NCBI GenBank assembly: GCA_044224875.1
Contig: JBGAJQ010000007.1
Coordinates: forward strand, 1 to 64,000
Source of the DNA: Gemmatimonadaceae bacterium
GTDB taxonomy: Bacteria; Gemmatimonadota; Gemmatimonadetes; Gemmatimonadales; Gemmatimonadaceae
Length of the DNA stretch: 64,000 nt
Direction of reading: 5' to 3'
The translations under genes and the position numbers were made by a program. Below, one piece after another: positions 1 to 13,701 of this stretch (the stretch's first letter is position 1; every line of letters starts with the position of its first letter). A model generated the notes under the pieces. The model ran no database searches and was not told the DNA's origin. It saw nothing but the letters and a program-made list of their open reading frames with translations.

Positions 1-751
1 TCGCAGGTTCGTGCCGCCGTGTCGCCGTGCCTGGCGAGTGAGCGAAGCCTCTATTGGCGTCTCACCGCGCGGGAGAATTTGCAGCTGGCGGCGGACCTCC
101 AGGGATTGCCGACACACGAGGTGCCGGCGCGGAGTGAAGAAGTGTTGGCGGCGGTCGGGTTGACGGACACTGGGAGCAAGATGGTGGGCCAGTTCTCGTC
201 GGGCATGATGCAGCGCCTGTTGATTGCCCGCGCCTTGTTGAGCCGTCCGGCGTTGTTGCTGCTCGACGAACCGACGCGCAGCCTGGATCCATTGTCGGCG
301 CGCGAGTTCCGGCGCTTCCTTCGCGAAGAGCTCGTGCAGCGTCGCGGGTGCGCGGTGCTGCTGGCGACCCACAGTGCCGACGAGGCCTTTGAGCTCTGCG
401 ATCGTGTGGCGGTGATGGACCGTGGGCGCCTGCTGGCCCAGGGCCCCGCGGCCGAGCTGTCGGATCGATACCTTGGCGCCCGTTATCGCATCGTCACGTC
501 CGAGCCGGGCCGCACCAGCGCTCGCGCCTTGTGCATGACATCGCCCTGAGCTCGGCGTGCGCGCGCCGTGGAAGAGAACGCCGACGGTGACGATCCGGCT
601 CACTGGCGGGCATGAGCGGTCCGCCGACGTGCTCGCCTCGTTGGTCCGTTCGGGGATGCCGGTGGCGCGATTCGAGCGCATGCCGTTGGTGCTGGCGGAC
701 CTGATCGAGTGTGCTGGCGGCGCCAACCGTCGCCGCAGGGAGCCTCGGTGA
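1..751 (+). CDS. ABC transporter ATP-binding subunit (5'-truncated by the window; frameshift near 530-560)
   Basis: Frame open from base 1; signature FSSGMMQR, Walker B/D-loop LLLLDEPT and H-loop LATH; the C-terminal segment (ADVLASLVRSGMPVARFER..LADLIE) continues in ORF 557..751. Confidence 0.8.
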
Positions 752-1556
752 GGCGGTCAGGCCATCCGGGCACTCGTGTTGGCGGCGTGGAAGACGTCGT
801 TGAGCTATCGCGTACAGATGGCAACGTCCATTGCATCGTTGGCGCTGACGGTAGTGCCCGTGTATTTCGTCTCCAACGCCCTACAGGGGATGATGGCCAA
901 CGCCATCGCCGGGGAGGGGACGCAGTATTTCGGGTTCCTGTTGGTGGGTAACGGTCACGCTGTCGCTTGTGACGACCGCGGTTTCCACACTCCCACAGGC
1001 GGTGTCGGGCGGCATTGCCAGTGGATTCTTCGAGATGCTCCTGATGTCGCCGGCGCCGCGGCTGCACCTCCTGATCGGTCTGTCGGGCTACGGGATCCTC
1101 TGGACGCTGCTGCGCGGCGCGCTGACCCTCCTCGCGGGGTGGGCCCTCGGAGCCCGGCTCGCCTGGAGCGGAATTCCGGCTGCATTGGTGATCCTCGCCG
1201 TCATCGTCGTTACCCATTGGGCCATTGGCTTGTTCGGCACGGCCCTCGTGCTGGCATTCAGGTCGATGGGAGCACTGCCACAGGGGGTGTTGTTTCTCTC
1301 CGCACTTTTTGGCGGGACGTACTTCCCGACGTCGAAAATTCCCTCCTGGTTGCAGTCCTTGTCTGTCGTGACGCCGTTGGCCTACGGCCTGCGTTCATTG
1401 CGTCGGGTGCTGCTCGAAGGGCGATCCCTGAGGGACGTCCTCCCGGATTTTGGCGTTCTCTAGGGGATGTGCGTCGTTCTCCTGTTGATCTCGTCCATCG
1501 CGTTCCACCGGAGTCTGTTGTACGCGAAACGGCAGGGTTCGCTTAACTTGTATTAG
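748..1556 (+). CDS. ABC-2 type permease, interrupted (frameshifts near 762 and 955; in-frame TAG at 1461-1463)
   Basis: Hydrophobic segments split between ORFs 776.. and 969..1463; ABC-2-like FGGTYFP..IPSWLQ..PLAYG; frame continues past the TAG as GMCVVLLLISSIAFHRSLLYAKRQGSLNLY* to 1556. Confidence 0.75.
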
Positions 1557-1572
1557 CCTCGCTGACCTATAG

Positions 1573-2764
1573 ATGAAGCCCGATACCTCACTCCAAGGCC
1601 TGTTGAGTCCAGAAGCGCGTTTGCTCCTGCTCACGGCTGGCGGTCCCTCCAACGACGCGGCGATTGCCGCAGCGGTGCGGGAGCCGCTGGACTGGAGCAA
1701 GGTGTCCTGGCTTGCCGAATGGGAGCGGGCGACTGGCGTGGTATGGCGGCGCCTTCACGCGGTGGCCCCTCAGGCGATACCGGATGAGGTCGCGCTCGGC
1801 TGGGAACGGCTGACGATGGTGGCGGACTTCCACGCGTTGTACCTGCAAGAGCGTTTTCTGCAGACGTTGCGAGCGCTGGTGGATGCAGGCCTCGAGGTGA
1901 TCCTGTTGAAGGGCGCTGGGCTGGCCCACAGTGCCTACGGGAGCTTCACCGAACGTCCCATGGGTGACGTGGACTTGCTGGTGGACCCCGATCAGGCAGA
2001 AGTCGCCTGGCAAGTGGCGACCTCGTTAGGCTGGAACTGGGACCGGCAGCTGTTCTTCGCATCGCGAGCACCACCACCTGCCGCCGCTCACCGACACCCA
2101 GCGTGTGGGCGCCAAGCTGGAATTGCATACGGCGCTGGCGGGTTTTGGCCATCCGTTTGCGCTTGGCTTCGATGCCGTCCGCCGCGCGTCGCGGCCGCTG
2201 ACCGTTGGTGGGCGGTCGGTCATGGTGCTGGACGACGAGCACCAGATCATTCACCTGGGAGTCCACCTGGCCTGGTCGCACATCCTGTCGTTTGGCGCTT
2301 GGCGGACCTTCCGGGACATTGGGGCAGTGCTCGCGGCGGGGAAGGTCGACTGGGACAAGCTGGTGCACGCCGCAAAGACGCATGGCGCCACATCATGCTG
2401 CTACTGGACGCTTCGGTTGGCTAACCGGCTGAGCGGCATCGAGATTCCGGAAGCGGCCCTGTCGGCTTTGCGAGCGCCGACGCCACCTGGTCTGCACGGG
2501 ATCGTGGAAAGGCATTTGGCGAGCTTCGCTCTTTGCAACCGAGCGGGTCTCTCGCTCCGTCGGGAGTCAATCCGTCGGGCGTTGTGGAGCGCGGCGATTC
2601 GGCCAGGGCGCTTGCGGCTTGGGCAGGGTCGGCCATGGGACATTGACCAGATCACGTCCCCCAGGAAGGGTCAGCCACTGCCCGTCTCTACCCGCATTGC
2701 GAATCATCTCGAGAACCTGACGCAGTGGGCGCATTACCTGCGACTGGTTGCTCGCCCGAGGTAG
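1573..2764 (+). CDS. Uncharacterised nucleotidyltransferase (NTP_transf_5-like), frameshift near 2060
   Basis: LLKGAGLA..Y..RPMGDVDLLV motif in ORF 1573..; HHHLPPL..LELH and later segments in the frame of ORF 2105..2764. Confidence 0.75.
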
Positions 2765-2786
2765 CGCGCTAAGCATAAGTAGCCCG

Positions 2787-2815
2787 TTGACTTTCGTTCC
2801 GCGCTCGGCCACCTT
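2787..2815 (+). promoter_or_regulatory. Putative sigma70-type promoter for the fusA/S10 transcript
   Basis: TTGACT (2787-2792), 17 bp spacer, CACCTT (2810-2815). Confidence 0.5.
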
Positions 2816-2821
2816 ATACAG

Positions 2822-3151
2822 CTGCGCCCGGCGGTCTTAGGTGTCGTGAGAGACTCGGCCGACGGCTGCACGTCTTTCCCCTGGGCTCGCGGAGTACGCG
2901 AGGATGCTGTGGATCGGCGCCCGGACTGCATGGAACGGACGCTCCCGACAAGCGACGCAGGACAATTGAACATCGAGCGTTTGACTCGATGCGCCTTGGG
3001 TCCCCTCTCCAGCTTAACCGAGTGCACCCGGCGGTGGGCGGATGGATACCGGCTCCTGCACTGAAGGAGCGCCTGGTCCACCCGCGTTTTTGCTGTAGTC
3101 CATCCGACTCCGGCGCTGGGCGCCGGACTGATCATACAGGTTTCACGAGAT
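2822..3151 (+). ncRNA. Candidate structured leader or ncRNA upstream of fusA
   Basis: ~330 nt with no convincing ORF; hairpins at 2886-2902, 2971-2991, 3038-3085 (followed by T5) and ~3109-3128. Confidence 0.4.
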
Positions 3152-5272
<2,121 letters not shown>

Positions 5273-5380
5273 GACAGGTGGCGGTCCGCGTGAGACACGT
5301 AGCAAGCGACTCCCGCGGCCCATCCCCAGTCTCCCGTACCGTTCCGTCGCAGTAGAAACCTCACCTCGGGATCAGTTCCA

Positions 5381-6583
<1,203 letters not shown>

Positions 6584-6698
6584 CGAGCTGGGAATCGGGG
6601 AGCCGGGAGCGAGGGGCCAGGCGGTACGTTGATTGCCGCCACCCCGTTCGACGCCTGACTCCCTGCTCCCCTCCTCCCCTATATCCGGTATCAAGACC

Positions 6699-7007
6699 AT
6701 GGCTGGCAGAATTCGCATTCGGCTCAAGGCATTCGATCACGCGGTCATCGATCAGGCGGCGGCGGACATCGTCCGCACGGCGGAGAAGACCGGCGCGCAG
6801 GTGTCGGGTCCCATCCCGTTGCCAACGAAGACGCGGAAGTGGACGGTGCTGCGCTCGCCGCACGTGGACAAGAAGTCGCGCGAGCAGTTTGAGCTGAAGA
6901 CGCACAAGCGGGTGATCGACATTCTGGATTCGCGAGCGCAGACGGTGGATGCGTTGACGAAGCTGGACTTGCCCGCCGGTGTGGACGTGGAGATCAAGGT
7001 GGAGTGA
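6699..7007 (+). CDS. rpsJ: 30S ribosomal protein S10
   Basis: [27 protein letters not shown] at 6699. Confidence 0.98.
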   Translation: MAGRIRIRLKAFDHAVIDQAAADIVRTAEKTGAQVSGPIPLPTKTRKWTVLRSPHVDKKSREQFELKTHKRVIDILDSRAQTVDALTKLDLPAGVDVEIKVE

Positions 7008-7133
7008 GGCAGGCGGCGGGCGAACGGGCCGAACCGGCCATGTCGCTCGGCTGCAGGCGGTGGTCCTCCGGCCATTCAACGGACGCGCGCTGATCGCGCA
7101 CCGGGCCGCGACTCTTCTCAGGAATTGGAACTC

Positions 7134-7805
7134 ATGATCGGTCTTATTGGACGCAAGCTGGGGATGACCCAGATTTTCAACGAACAGGGACAGCAGATCC
7201 CGGTGACGGTGGTTGAGGCCAAGCCCAACCCGGTCGTCGAGGTGGTGGCGTTGCCCCTGGGTGGCTCGGCCGTGCAGCTGGGTCACGGCGAGGCGCGGGT
7301 GCGCCGGAAGTCGAAGAAGGGTGAGCGGGCCAATCCGCGTGGACATCGGGCGAGCAAGTCGGCGGTTGGTCATGCGACCAAGGCCGGGCTGTCCGCCCCG
7401 CCGCGAGCGCTGCGCTCGTTCCGGCTGGACGACCAGCCGAATGCTCCCAGCTACAACGTTGGCGACAAGGTCGACGTCTCGATCTTCTCGGTTGGCGAGC
7501 GGGTGAAGGTGACGGGCACGTCGAAGGGGCGCGGGTTCCAGGGCATCGTGAAGCGGCACAAGGCCGGCGGTGGTCCCAACACGCACGGCAACACCAAGCA
7601 CCGCAAGCCCGGTTCCGTGGGCGCGGGCACGGACCCGTCGCGCGTCATCAAGGGGAAGCGCATGCCGGGCCACTACGGGGCGGCGCGCCACACGCAGATC
7701 AACCTGCGCGTCGAGAAGGTCGACGCGGACAAGCATCTCCTGTACCTCCGTGGCGCAGTGTCCGGCCCTGCCAATGGGCTGGTCATGGTGCGCAAGCAAG
7801 GCTGA
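7134..7805 (+). CDS. rplC: 50S ribosomal protein L3
   Basis: GRKLGMTQ..SKGRGFQG..KGKRMPG. Confidence 0.98.
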   Translation: MIGLIGRKLGMTQIFNEQGQQIPVTVVEAKPNPVVEVVALPLGGSAVQLGHGEARVRRKSKKGERANPRGHRASKSAVGHATKAGLSAPPRALRSFRLDDQPNAPSYNVGDKVDVSIFSVGERVKVTGTSKGRGFQGIVKRHKAGGGPNTHGNTKHRKPGSVGAGTDPSRVIKGKRMPGHYGAARHTQINLRVEKVDADKHLLYLRGAVSGPANGLVMVRKQG

Positions 7806-7809
7806 GACG

Positions 7810-8640
7810 ATGGCAGACACGACGACATTCGAGGCCGCGGCGTTCACGGCGTTAGGCACCCCGCGTGAGCGGGTGAGCCTGCCGGCACCGCTGTTCGACG
7901 GCACGATCAACATGCCGGTCATGCATCGCGCGGTGAAGGCGTACCTGGCCAACCAGCGCGAGGGCAACGCCAGCACCAAGACGCGCGGTCTGGTGATCGG
8001 TGGTAACCAGAAGCCCTGGAAGCAGAAGGGGACTGGTCGGGCGCGACAGGGTTCCACGCGTGCGCCCAACTGGCCCGGCGGTGGTACGGTCTTTGGCCCG
8101 CTTCCGCGCGCCTACGACCAGTACGTGCCGTCCAAGATGCGTGTGTTGGCGCGCAAGAGTGCGCTGAACGCCCGCGCCCGCGAGAATGCGATCTACGTGA
8201 TCGACAACTTCGGGTGGACGGAGCCCAGCACGAAGGCGATGGTCGGACTGCTGGCTCGCCTGGGCGTGGGTGGCCAGAAGGTGTTGGTGCTGACGAGCGG
8301 CACGAAGCCGATGGTCTACCTCAGTGGCCGCAACTTGCCGAACGTGCACGTGATGGCCTACGGCGATGTGTCGACGTACCACATTCTGTGGTCGGACGCC
8401 GTGCTGATCGAGGCGTCGGCCATTGGACACACGCTGGCCCCGGTGGCGGAGAAGGCCACGGCGCCAGTGAAGGCGTCGAAGGTTGCGAAGGTCGCGGCTC
8501 CAGCGCCGGCGGCGAAGAAGGCCGCGGCGAAGAAGACGGTGGCCAAGAAGGCTGCGAAGGCCCCGGCGGCGAAGACCAAGCCGGCGGCGAAGAAAACGGC
8601 CGCGAAAAAGACGGCTGCTCCCAAGAAGAAGGGGAAGTAA
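7810..8640 (+). CDS. rplD: 50S ribosomal protein L4 with a Lys/Ala-rich C-terminal tail
   Basis: KPWKQKGTGRARQGS..GGGTVFGP; ATG at 7810. Confidence 0.97.
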   Translation: MADTTTFEAAAFTALGTPRERVSLPAPLFDGTINMPVMHRAVKAYLANQREGNASTKTRGLVIGGNQKPWKQKGTGRARQGSTRAPNWPGGGTVFGPLPRAYDQYVPSKMRVLARKSALNARARENAIYVIDNFGWTEPSTKAMVGLLARLGVGGQKVLVLTSGTKPMVYLSGRNLPNVHVMAYGDVSTYHILWSDAVLIEASAIGHTLAPVAEKATAPVKASKVAKVAAPAPAAKKAAAKKTVAKKAAKAPAAKTKPAAKKTAAKKTAAPKKKGK

Positions 8641-8643
8641 GCG

Positions 8644-8931
8644 ATGGCGTCACTCTATCGGACCGTCGTTCGACCGGTCGTGACCGAGAAGACCTCCGCG
8701 GCCTATCAGGCGCGCGGTGAGTACGTCTTCGAGGTGGCGCCCGACGCGACGAAGACCGCGATTCGCGCGGCGATCGAGAAGCTCTTTGGTGTGAAGGTGA
8801 CGGGCGTCAACACCATGAACGTGCGTGGCAAGATACGCCGCATGGGAAAGACCTCGGGCACGCGTCCCAACTGGAAAAAAGCGATCGTGACGCTCCGCGA
8901 GGGCGACAAGATCGAGATCTTCGAGGGTTAA
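8644..8931 (+). CDS. rplW: 50S ribosomal protein L23
   Basis: PVVTEK..WKKAIVTL; operon position. Confidence 0.97.
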   Translation: MASLYRTVVRPVVTEKTSAAYQARGEYVFEVAPDATKTAIRAAIEKLFGVKVTGVNTMNVRGKIRRMGKTSGTRPNWKKAIVTLREGDKIEIFEG

Positions 8932-8934
8932 ACG

Positions 8935-9777
8935 ATGGGTATTCGCCAGTTCAAACCAGTGACCAAGGGCGGCACGCGCTTCCGTTCCGTGTCGGACTTC
9001 TCCGACCTTACGCGCAGCACGCCGGAAAAGTCGTTGACCGCACCGCTGAAGAAGTCGGGCGGACGCGACAACCACGGGCATATCGCCATGCGTCGCCGCG
9101 GAGGCGGTCACAAGCGGAAGTACCGCCTGATCGACTTCAAGCGGAACAAGTACGGGATGGTCGCCACGGTAAAGGAGATCGAATACGATCCGAACCGCTC
9201 GGCGCGGATTGCGCTCGTCGTCTACGCGGACGGCGAAAAGCGCTACATCCTGCACCCGAAGGGGTTGTCGGTGGGCGACTCGATCGTGGCCGGTCCGGGG
9301 TCGGACGTTCGCACGGGCAACGCGCTGCCGCTGAAGGAAGTGCCGTTAGGCTCGTCGGTGCACAACATCGAACTGGTGCCGGGCAAGGGCGGCCAGTTGG
9401 CGCGATCGGCCGGGATGTCGGCGGAGGTCGTGGCAAAGGAAGGCGAGTACGTGACGTTGCGCATGGGGAGCACGGAGATGCGTCGCGTACACGGCCGGTG
9501 CCTGGCGACGATCGGCGAGGTCGGCAACGCCGAGCACGAGCTGGTGTCGTGGGGCAAGGCCGGCAAGCTGCGGTGGAAGGGTCGCCGCCCGAAGGTCCGC
9601 GGTGAGGTCATGAACCCTGTCGATCACCCGCACGGCGGTCGTACGCGCGGTGGTCGGAACGTGGTGAGCCCGTGGGGCAAGCCAGAGGGGATCAAGACGC
9701 GGAATATGAAGAAGTCGTCGCAGCGCTTGATCGTCCGCGGACGCAAGCGCGGCAAGGCCACGGTGTCCGGGTTCTAG
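8935..9777 (+). CDS. rplB: 50S ribosomal protein L2
   Basis: [22 protein letters not shown]. Confidence 0.99.
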   Translation: MGIRQFKPVTKGGTRFRSVSDFSDLTRSTPEKSLTAPLKKSGGRDNHGHIAMRRRGGGHKRKYRLIDFKRNKYGMVATVKEIEYDPNRSARIALVVYADGEKRYILHPKGLSVGDSIVAGPGSDVRTGNALPLKEVPLGSSVHNIELVPGKGGQLARSAGMSAEVVAKEGEYVTLRMGSTEMRRVHGRCLATIGEVGNAEHELVSWGKAGKLRWKGRRPKVRGEVMNPVDHPHGGRTRGGRNVVSPWGKPEGIKTRNMKKSSQRLIVRGRKRGKATVSGF

Positions 9778-9851
9778 GTATACAGGTCAGGGGATGGGCG
9801 GCGCGGCGTTAGGCTGCGGCCGTCACTCTCCCTTCGCTCGAGATCGAGACT

Positions 9852-10172
9852 ATGGCGAGAAGTATCAAGAAGGGTCCGTTCGTGCAGGAGTCGCTGCAGA
9901 AGCGCGTGGCCAGCATGAATGCCAGGAATGAGAAGCGTGTGGTGAAGACGTGGTCGCGGGCGAGCACGGTGCTCCCGGACTTCGTCGGTCACACGTTCGC
10001 CGTGCACAATGGGAACAAGTTCATCCCCGTGTACGTCACGGAAAACATGGTGGGGCACAAGCTCGGTGAGTTTGCGCCGACGCGACTGTTCCGTGGGCAC
10101 ACGGGGAACAAGGCGGCGGACAAGAAGGCACCGGCGCCCGCGCCCGCTCCAGCGGCCAAGGGAGGGAAGTAA
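9852..10172 (+). CDS. rpsS: 30S ribosomal protein S19
   Basis: [18 protein letters not shown]. Confidence 0.98.
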   Translation: MARSIKKGPFVQESLQKRVASMNARNEKRVVKTWSRASTVLPDFVGHTFAVHNGNKFIPVYVTENMVGHKLGEFAPTRLFRGHTGNKAADKKAPAPAPAPAAKGGK

Positions 10173-10175
10173 CGT

Positions 10176-10538
10176 ATGGCTGCCGAAGCCCGCGCTTTCC
10201 AGCGCACGACGCGCCAGTCGCCGTACAAGATGCGCCTGGTGATTGACCAGATCCGCGGCTTGAACGTGAACGAGGCGCTGGCGCTGCTGGCGTTCTCCAA
10301 GAAGCACGCCGCGGTGCAGATCGCGAAGGTGCTGCGGTCGGCGGTTGCCAATGCCGAGCAGCGCGCGCGAGAAGCCAACGAGGCGATCGACGTCGACGCG
10401 CTCTTCATCAAGAAGGCGATCATCAACGAAGGACCGAAGCTCAAGCGGTGGACGCCCGCGGCGATGGGGCGTGCGACACCGGTACACAAGCGCACCTCCC
10501 ACGTGGAGATCATCGTGGCCGAGAAGGAAGGACGATAA
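10176..10538 (+). CDS. rplV: 50S ribosomal protein L22
   Basis: [22 protein letters not shown]. Confidence 0.97.
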   Translation: MAAEARAFQRTTRQSPYKMRLVIDQIRGLNVNEALALLAFSKKHAAVQIAKVLRSAVANAEQRAREANEAIDVDALFIKKAIINEGPKLKRWTPAAMGRATPVHKRTSHVEIIVAEKEGR

Positions 10539-11197
10539 TGGGACAGAAAACAAATCCGATCGGCTTCCGTCTGGGCGTGACCAAGCAGTGGCGCTCACGC
10601 TGGTATGCGGGCCGCGATTATCCCGGGCTGCTGAAGGAGGACGAACTCCTCCGGAAGTACCTGAAGACGCGCCTGGGTCACGCGGCGATCGCCGACATCC
10701 ATATCGAGCGCAAGCCCGGCAAGGTGGTGGTGACGATTCACACCGGCCGGCCGGGCGTGGTCATCGGCAAGAAGGGCGCCGAGGTCGACAAGTTGCGCGA
10801 CGAGCTGTCGCAGCTGACGGGTAAGGAAGTCGGCATCAACGTCGAGGAGATCAAGCGTCCGGAGCTGGACGCCCAATTGGTGGCGGACAACATCTCCAAC
10901 CAGTTGTCGCAGCGTATCTCGTTCCGTCGCGCCATGAAGCGTGCGGTGCAGAGCGCCATGCGCATGGGCGCCCAAGGCATCAAGGTGAAGGCTGGCGGCC
11001 GCTTGGGCGGCGCGGAAATCGCACGCGTCGAGGGCTATCACGAGGGTCGCGTGCCCCTGCACACGTTGCGGGCCGATATCGACTACGCCACGTCGACGGC
11101 GATGACGACCTTCGGTACGATCGGTGTGAAGGTGTGGATCTTCAAGGGCGAGGTCGTGGAAGACCGCCGCGGTAAGACGTATTCGACCGGGGTCTGA
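10538..11197 (+). CDS. rpsC: 30S ribosomal protein S3
   Basis: [26 protein letters not shown] at 10538 overlaps the rplV stop. Confidence 0.98.
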   Translation: MGQKTNPIGFRLGVTKQWRSRWYAGRDYPGLLKEDELLRKYLKTRLGHAAIADIHIERKPGKVVVTIHTGRPGVVIGKKGAEVDKLRDELSQLTGKEVGINVEEIKRPELDAQLVADNISNQLSQRISFRRAMKRAVQSAMRMGAQGIKVKAGGRLGGAEIARVEGYHEGRVPLHTLRADIDYATSTAMTTFGTIGVKVWIFKGEVVEDRRGKTYSTGV

Positions 11198-11239
11198 AGG
11201 CTTCGGGCCAGCGACCGCGACCTAACGAGATAGCAAATC

Positions 11240-11668
11240 ATGCTCAGTCCAAAACGAGTCAAGTTCCGGAAGATGTTCAAGGGCCGTACGCGTGGTGTGG
11301 CCACGCGCGGCGCCGAGGTGTCGTTTGGGCACTACGGCCTGATGTCCCTTGAACCTGGATGGGTGTCGAGCCGGCAGATCGAAGCCGCCCGCGTGGCGCT
11401 GACGCGTCACATCAAGCGGGGCGGCAAGGTCTGGATCCGCCTGTTCCCGGACAAGCCGATCACGAAGAAGCCCGCCGAAACGCGCATGGGCAAAGGAAAG
11501 GGTTCCCCGGAAGGGTGGGTGGCGGTGGTGAAGCCTGGCCGCGTGATGTTTGAGCTGGAAGGCGTGACGCGCGAGATCGCCGAAAAGGCGTTTGCGCTGG
11601 CCGCGGCCAAGCTGTCGGTTCGCACGAAGTTCGTCGAACGCGAGGAGGCGCACACCGATGGGAACTGA
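11240..11668 (+). CDS. rplP: 50S ribosomal protein L16
   Basis: [21 protein letters not shown]. Confidence 0.98.
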   Translation: MLSPKRVKFRKMFKGRTRGVATRGAEVSFGHYGLMSLEPGWVSSRQIEAARVALTRHIKRGGKVWIRLFPDKPITKKPAETRMGKGKGSPEGWVAVVKPGRVMFELEGVTREIAEKAFALAAAKLSVRTKFVEREEAHTDGN

Positions 11669-11867
11669 AGAGATTCGCGAAATGACGGACGCGGACATTC
11701 GCGTGCGCATTGGGGAGCTGGAAGAGGAGCGATTCCGCCTGAACATCCGTGGCGGCACGCAGCCCCTCGAGGATCCGCTGCGGTTGCGCGTGATCCGGAA
11801 GACCATCGCGCGCCTGCACACGGTGCTGCGCGAACGGCAGTTGACCACCACCGGCCGCGCGCGCTAG
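11658..11867 (+). CDS. rpmC: 50S ribosomal protein L29
   Basis: [21 protein letters not shown]; operon position. Confidence 0.95.
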   Translation: MGTEEIREMTDADIRVRIGELEEERFRLNIRGGTQPLEDPLRLRVIRKTIARLHTVLRERQLTTTGRAR

Positions 11868-11885
11868 CGGGGAGTCTGACGACAC

Positions 11886-12170
11886 ATGGCTGAAACGATC
11901 AACAATGGACAAGCCGCCTCCCGGCCAACGCGCAAGGAGCGTGTGGGCGTGGTGGTGAGCGACAAGATGCAGAAGACCGTCGTGGTGCAGATCGAGCGGC
12001 GCGTGGCGCACCCGGTCTACGGCAAGATGGTGAACCGGACCAAGACCGTGAAGGCGCACGACGAGGCCAACTCGGCGAAGACCGGGGACACGGTGCGGAT
12101 CATGGAGACGCGGCCCTTGTCGAAGGACAAGCGCTGGCGCGTGGTCGAAATCGTCGAGCGCGCGCGGTAG
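11886..12170 (+). CDS. rpsQ: 30S ribosomal protein S17
   Basis: [22 protein letters not shown]. Confidence 0.98.
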   Translation: MAETINNGQAASRPTRKERVGVVVSDKMQKTVVVQIERRVAHPVYGKMVNRTKTVKAHDEANSAKTGDTVRIMETRPLSKDKRWRVVEIVERAR

Positions 12171-12182
12171 GGAGACCAGACC

Positions 12183-12551
12183 ATGATCCAACAAGAATCG
12201 GTAGTCAAAGTCGCGGACAATTCCGGTGCCAAGAAGGCGCTGGTGATTCGCGTGCTCGGCGGAACGCGCCGGCGCTATGCGCGCCTGGGCGATCAGGTGA
12301 TCGTCGCGGTGAAGGACGCGTTGCCGAATGGAACGGTGAAGAAGAGCGACGTGGCCCGCGCGGTCGTGGTGCGCACGGTGAAGGAGACGCGTCGCAAGGA
12401 TGGCAGCTACATCCGGTTCGACGAGAATGCGGTCGTGATCATCGATGAAAAGGGCGAGCCAAAGGCGACGCGTATCTTTGGCCCGGTGGCGCGCGAACTT
12501 CGCGAGCGCCGGTACATGAAGATCGTGTCGCTGGCGCCGGAGGTACTCTAG
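12183..12551 (+). CDS. rplN: 50S ribosomal protein L14
   Basis: [15 protein letters not shown]. Confidence 0.99.
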   Translation: MIQQESVVKVADNSGAKKALVIRVLGGTRRRYARLGDQVIVAVKDALPNGTVKKSDVARAVVVRTVKETRRKDGSYIRFDENAVVIIDEKGEPKATRIFGPVARELRERRYMKIVSLAPEVL

Positions 12552-12552
12552 C

Positions 12553-12954
12553 ATGCGACGGTTGAAGTATCGCGCGAGCGAGGGCAAGCGCCTGGGTGCG
12601 GTGCGCCACGCGCGCAAGGTGGAGCGCACCAAGCTGGCGATCACCAAGGGCGACACGGTGAAGGTCATGCGGGGTGAGGACAAGGGACGCGAAGGGAAGG
12701 TGCTGCGCGTCTTCCCCAAGACCGGTCGACTGACGGTGGAGGGGATCAACATGGTGAAGAAGCACCGGAAGGCGCGTCGCGCCGAAGAGCAGAGCGCGAT
12801 CATTGACCTGCCGGCGCCGATTCACCATTCGAACGTGATGTTGCTGGATCCCAAGGACGGCAAGGCGACGCGAGTGCGTCGGCGCGTTGATGCTGACGGA
12901 ACGAAGGAGCGCATCAGTGCGAAGAGCGGGGAAGCAATCCCGCGTTCACGCTGA
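12553..12954 (+). CDS. rplX: 50S ribosomal protein L24
   Basis: KOW motif KGDTVKVMRGEDKG..VEGIN..PIHHSNV. Confidence 0.97.
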   Translation: MRRLKYRASEGKRLGAVRHARKVERTKLAITKGDTVKVMRGEDKGREGKVLRVFPKTGRLTVEGINMVKKHRKARRAEEQSAIIDLPAPIHHSNVMLLDPKDGKATRVRRRVDADGTKERISAKSGEAIPRSR

Positions 12955-12972
12955 TCGAGGACCTGAAACAAC

Positions 12973-13662
12973 ATGGCGACAAAGGAAAAGAAGGGCGGCG
13001 CCGAGGCGCCAGCCAAGGGTGGTGGTGGCAAGAAGGACGCGGGGAAGTCGATGCTTCCCAAGGGCCCGCACGCGGGCCGGGCGTTGCCTGTTCCACCGCC
13101 ACGACTTCGTGATTACTACAAGGCGACCGTGCGTGGTCGCCTGGCCAAGCAGTTCTCGCTCGCGAACCCGCACGAGATTCCGCAGCTGTCGAAGATCGTG
13201 GTCAACGTCGGCCTTGGCGAGGCGATCAAGCAGCCGAAGTTGCTCGACCACGTCGTCGAGGAGCTGATGATCATCACGGGGCAGCGTCCGGTGCGGAAGA
13301 AGGCGAAGAAGTCGATCGCGAACTTCGGGCTGCGTCAGGGCCAGGAGATCGGGGCGGCGGTGACGCTGCGTGGCGCGCGGATGTGGGAGTTCCTTGATCG
13401 CTTCGTGAACACGGCGATCCCGCGGATTCGCGACTTCCGCGGGCTGTCGACGCGGTCATTCGATGGTCGCGGAAACTATTCGCTGGGGATCAAGGAGCAG
13501 ATGATCTTTCCCGAGATCAACTACGACATGATCGACCAGATCCATGGCATGGACATCACCTTCGTCACGACGGCGGGTCGCGACGACCAGGCGTTGGCGC
13601 TGTTGCGCGAACTGGGGATGCCCTTCCGTGGCGAAGACAAGCCGATCGTGGTGCAGGCCTGA
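12973..13662 (+). CDS. rplE: 50S ribosomal protein L5
   Basis: KIVVNVG..PRIRDFRG..FDGRGNY. Confidence 0.98.
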   Translation: MATKEKKGGAEAPAKGGGGKKDAGKSMLPKGPHAGRALPVPPPRLRDYYKATVRGRLAKQFSLANPHEIPQLSKIVVNVGLGEAIKQPKLLDHVVEELMIITGQRPVRKKAKKSIANFGLRQGQEIGAAVTLRGARMWEFLDRFVNTAIPRIRDFRGLSTRSFDGRGNYSLGIKEQMIFPEINYDMIDQIHGMDITFVTTAGRDDQALALLRELGMPFRGEDKPIVVQA

Positions 13663-13701
13663 CCGGCGCCGACGACCTCCGTCTCATACGTTAGGCAGAC
13701 A

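Noticed and set aside
1461..1463. Genome-wide amber recoding
   Set aside because: TAG ends conserved genes normally (rplB, rpsQ, rplN, rpsN, glyQS)
8959..8976. Apparent extra Gly in the L2 N-terminus (KGGTR)
   Set aside because: In-frame single-codon difference in a variable region; not informative
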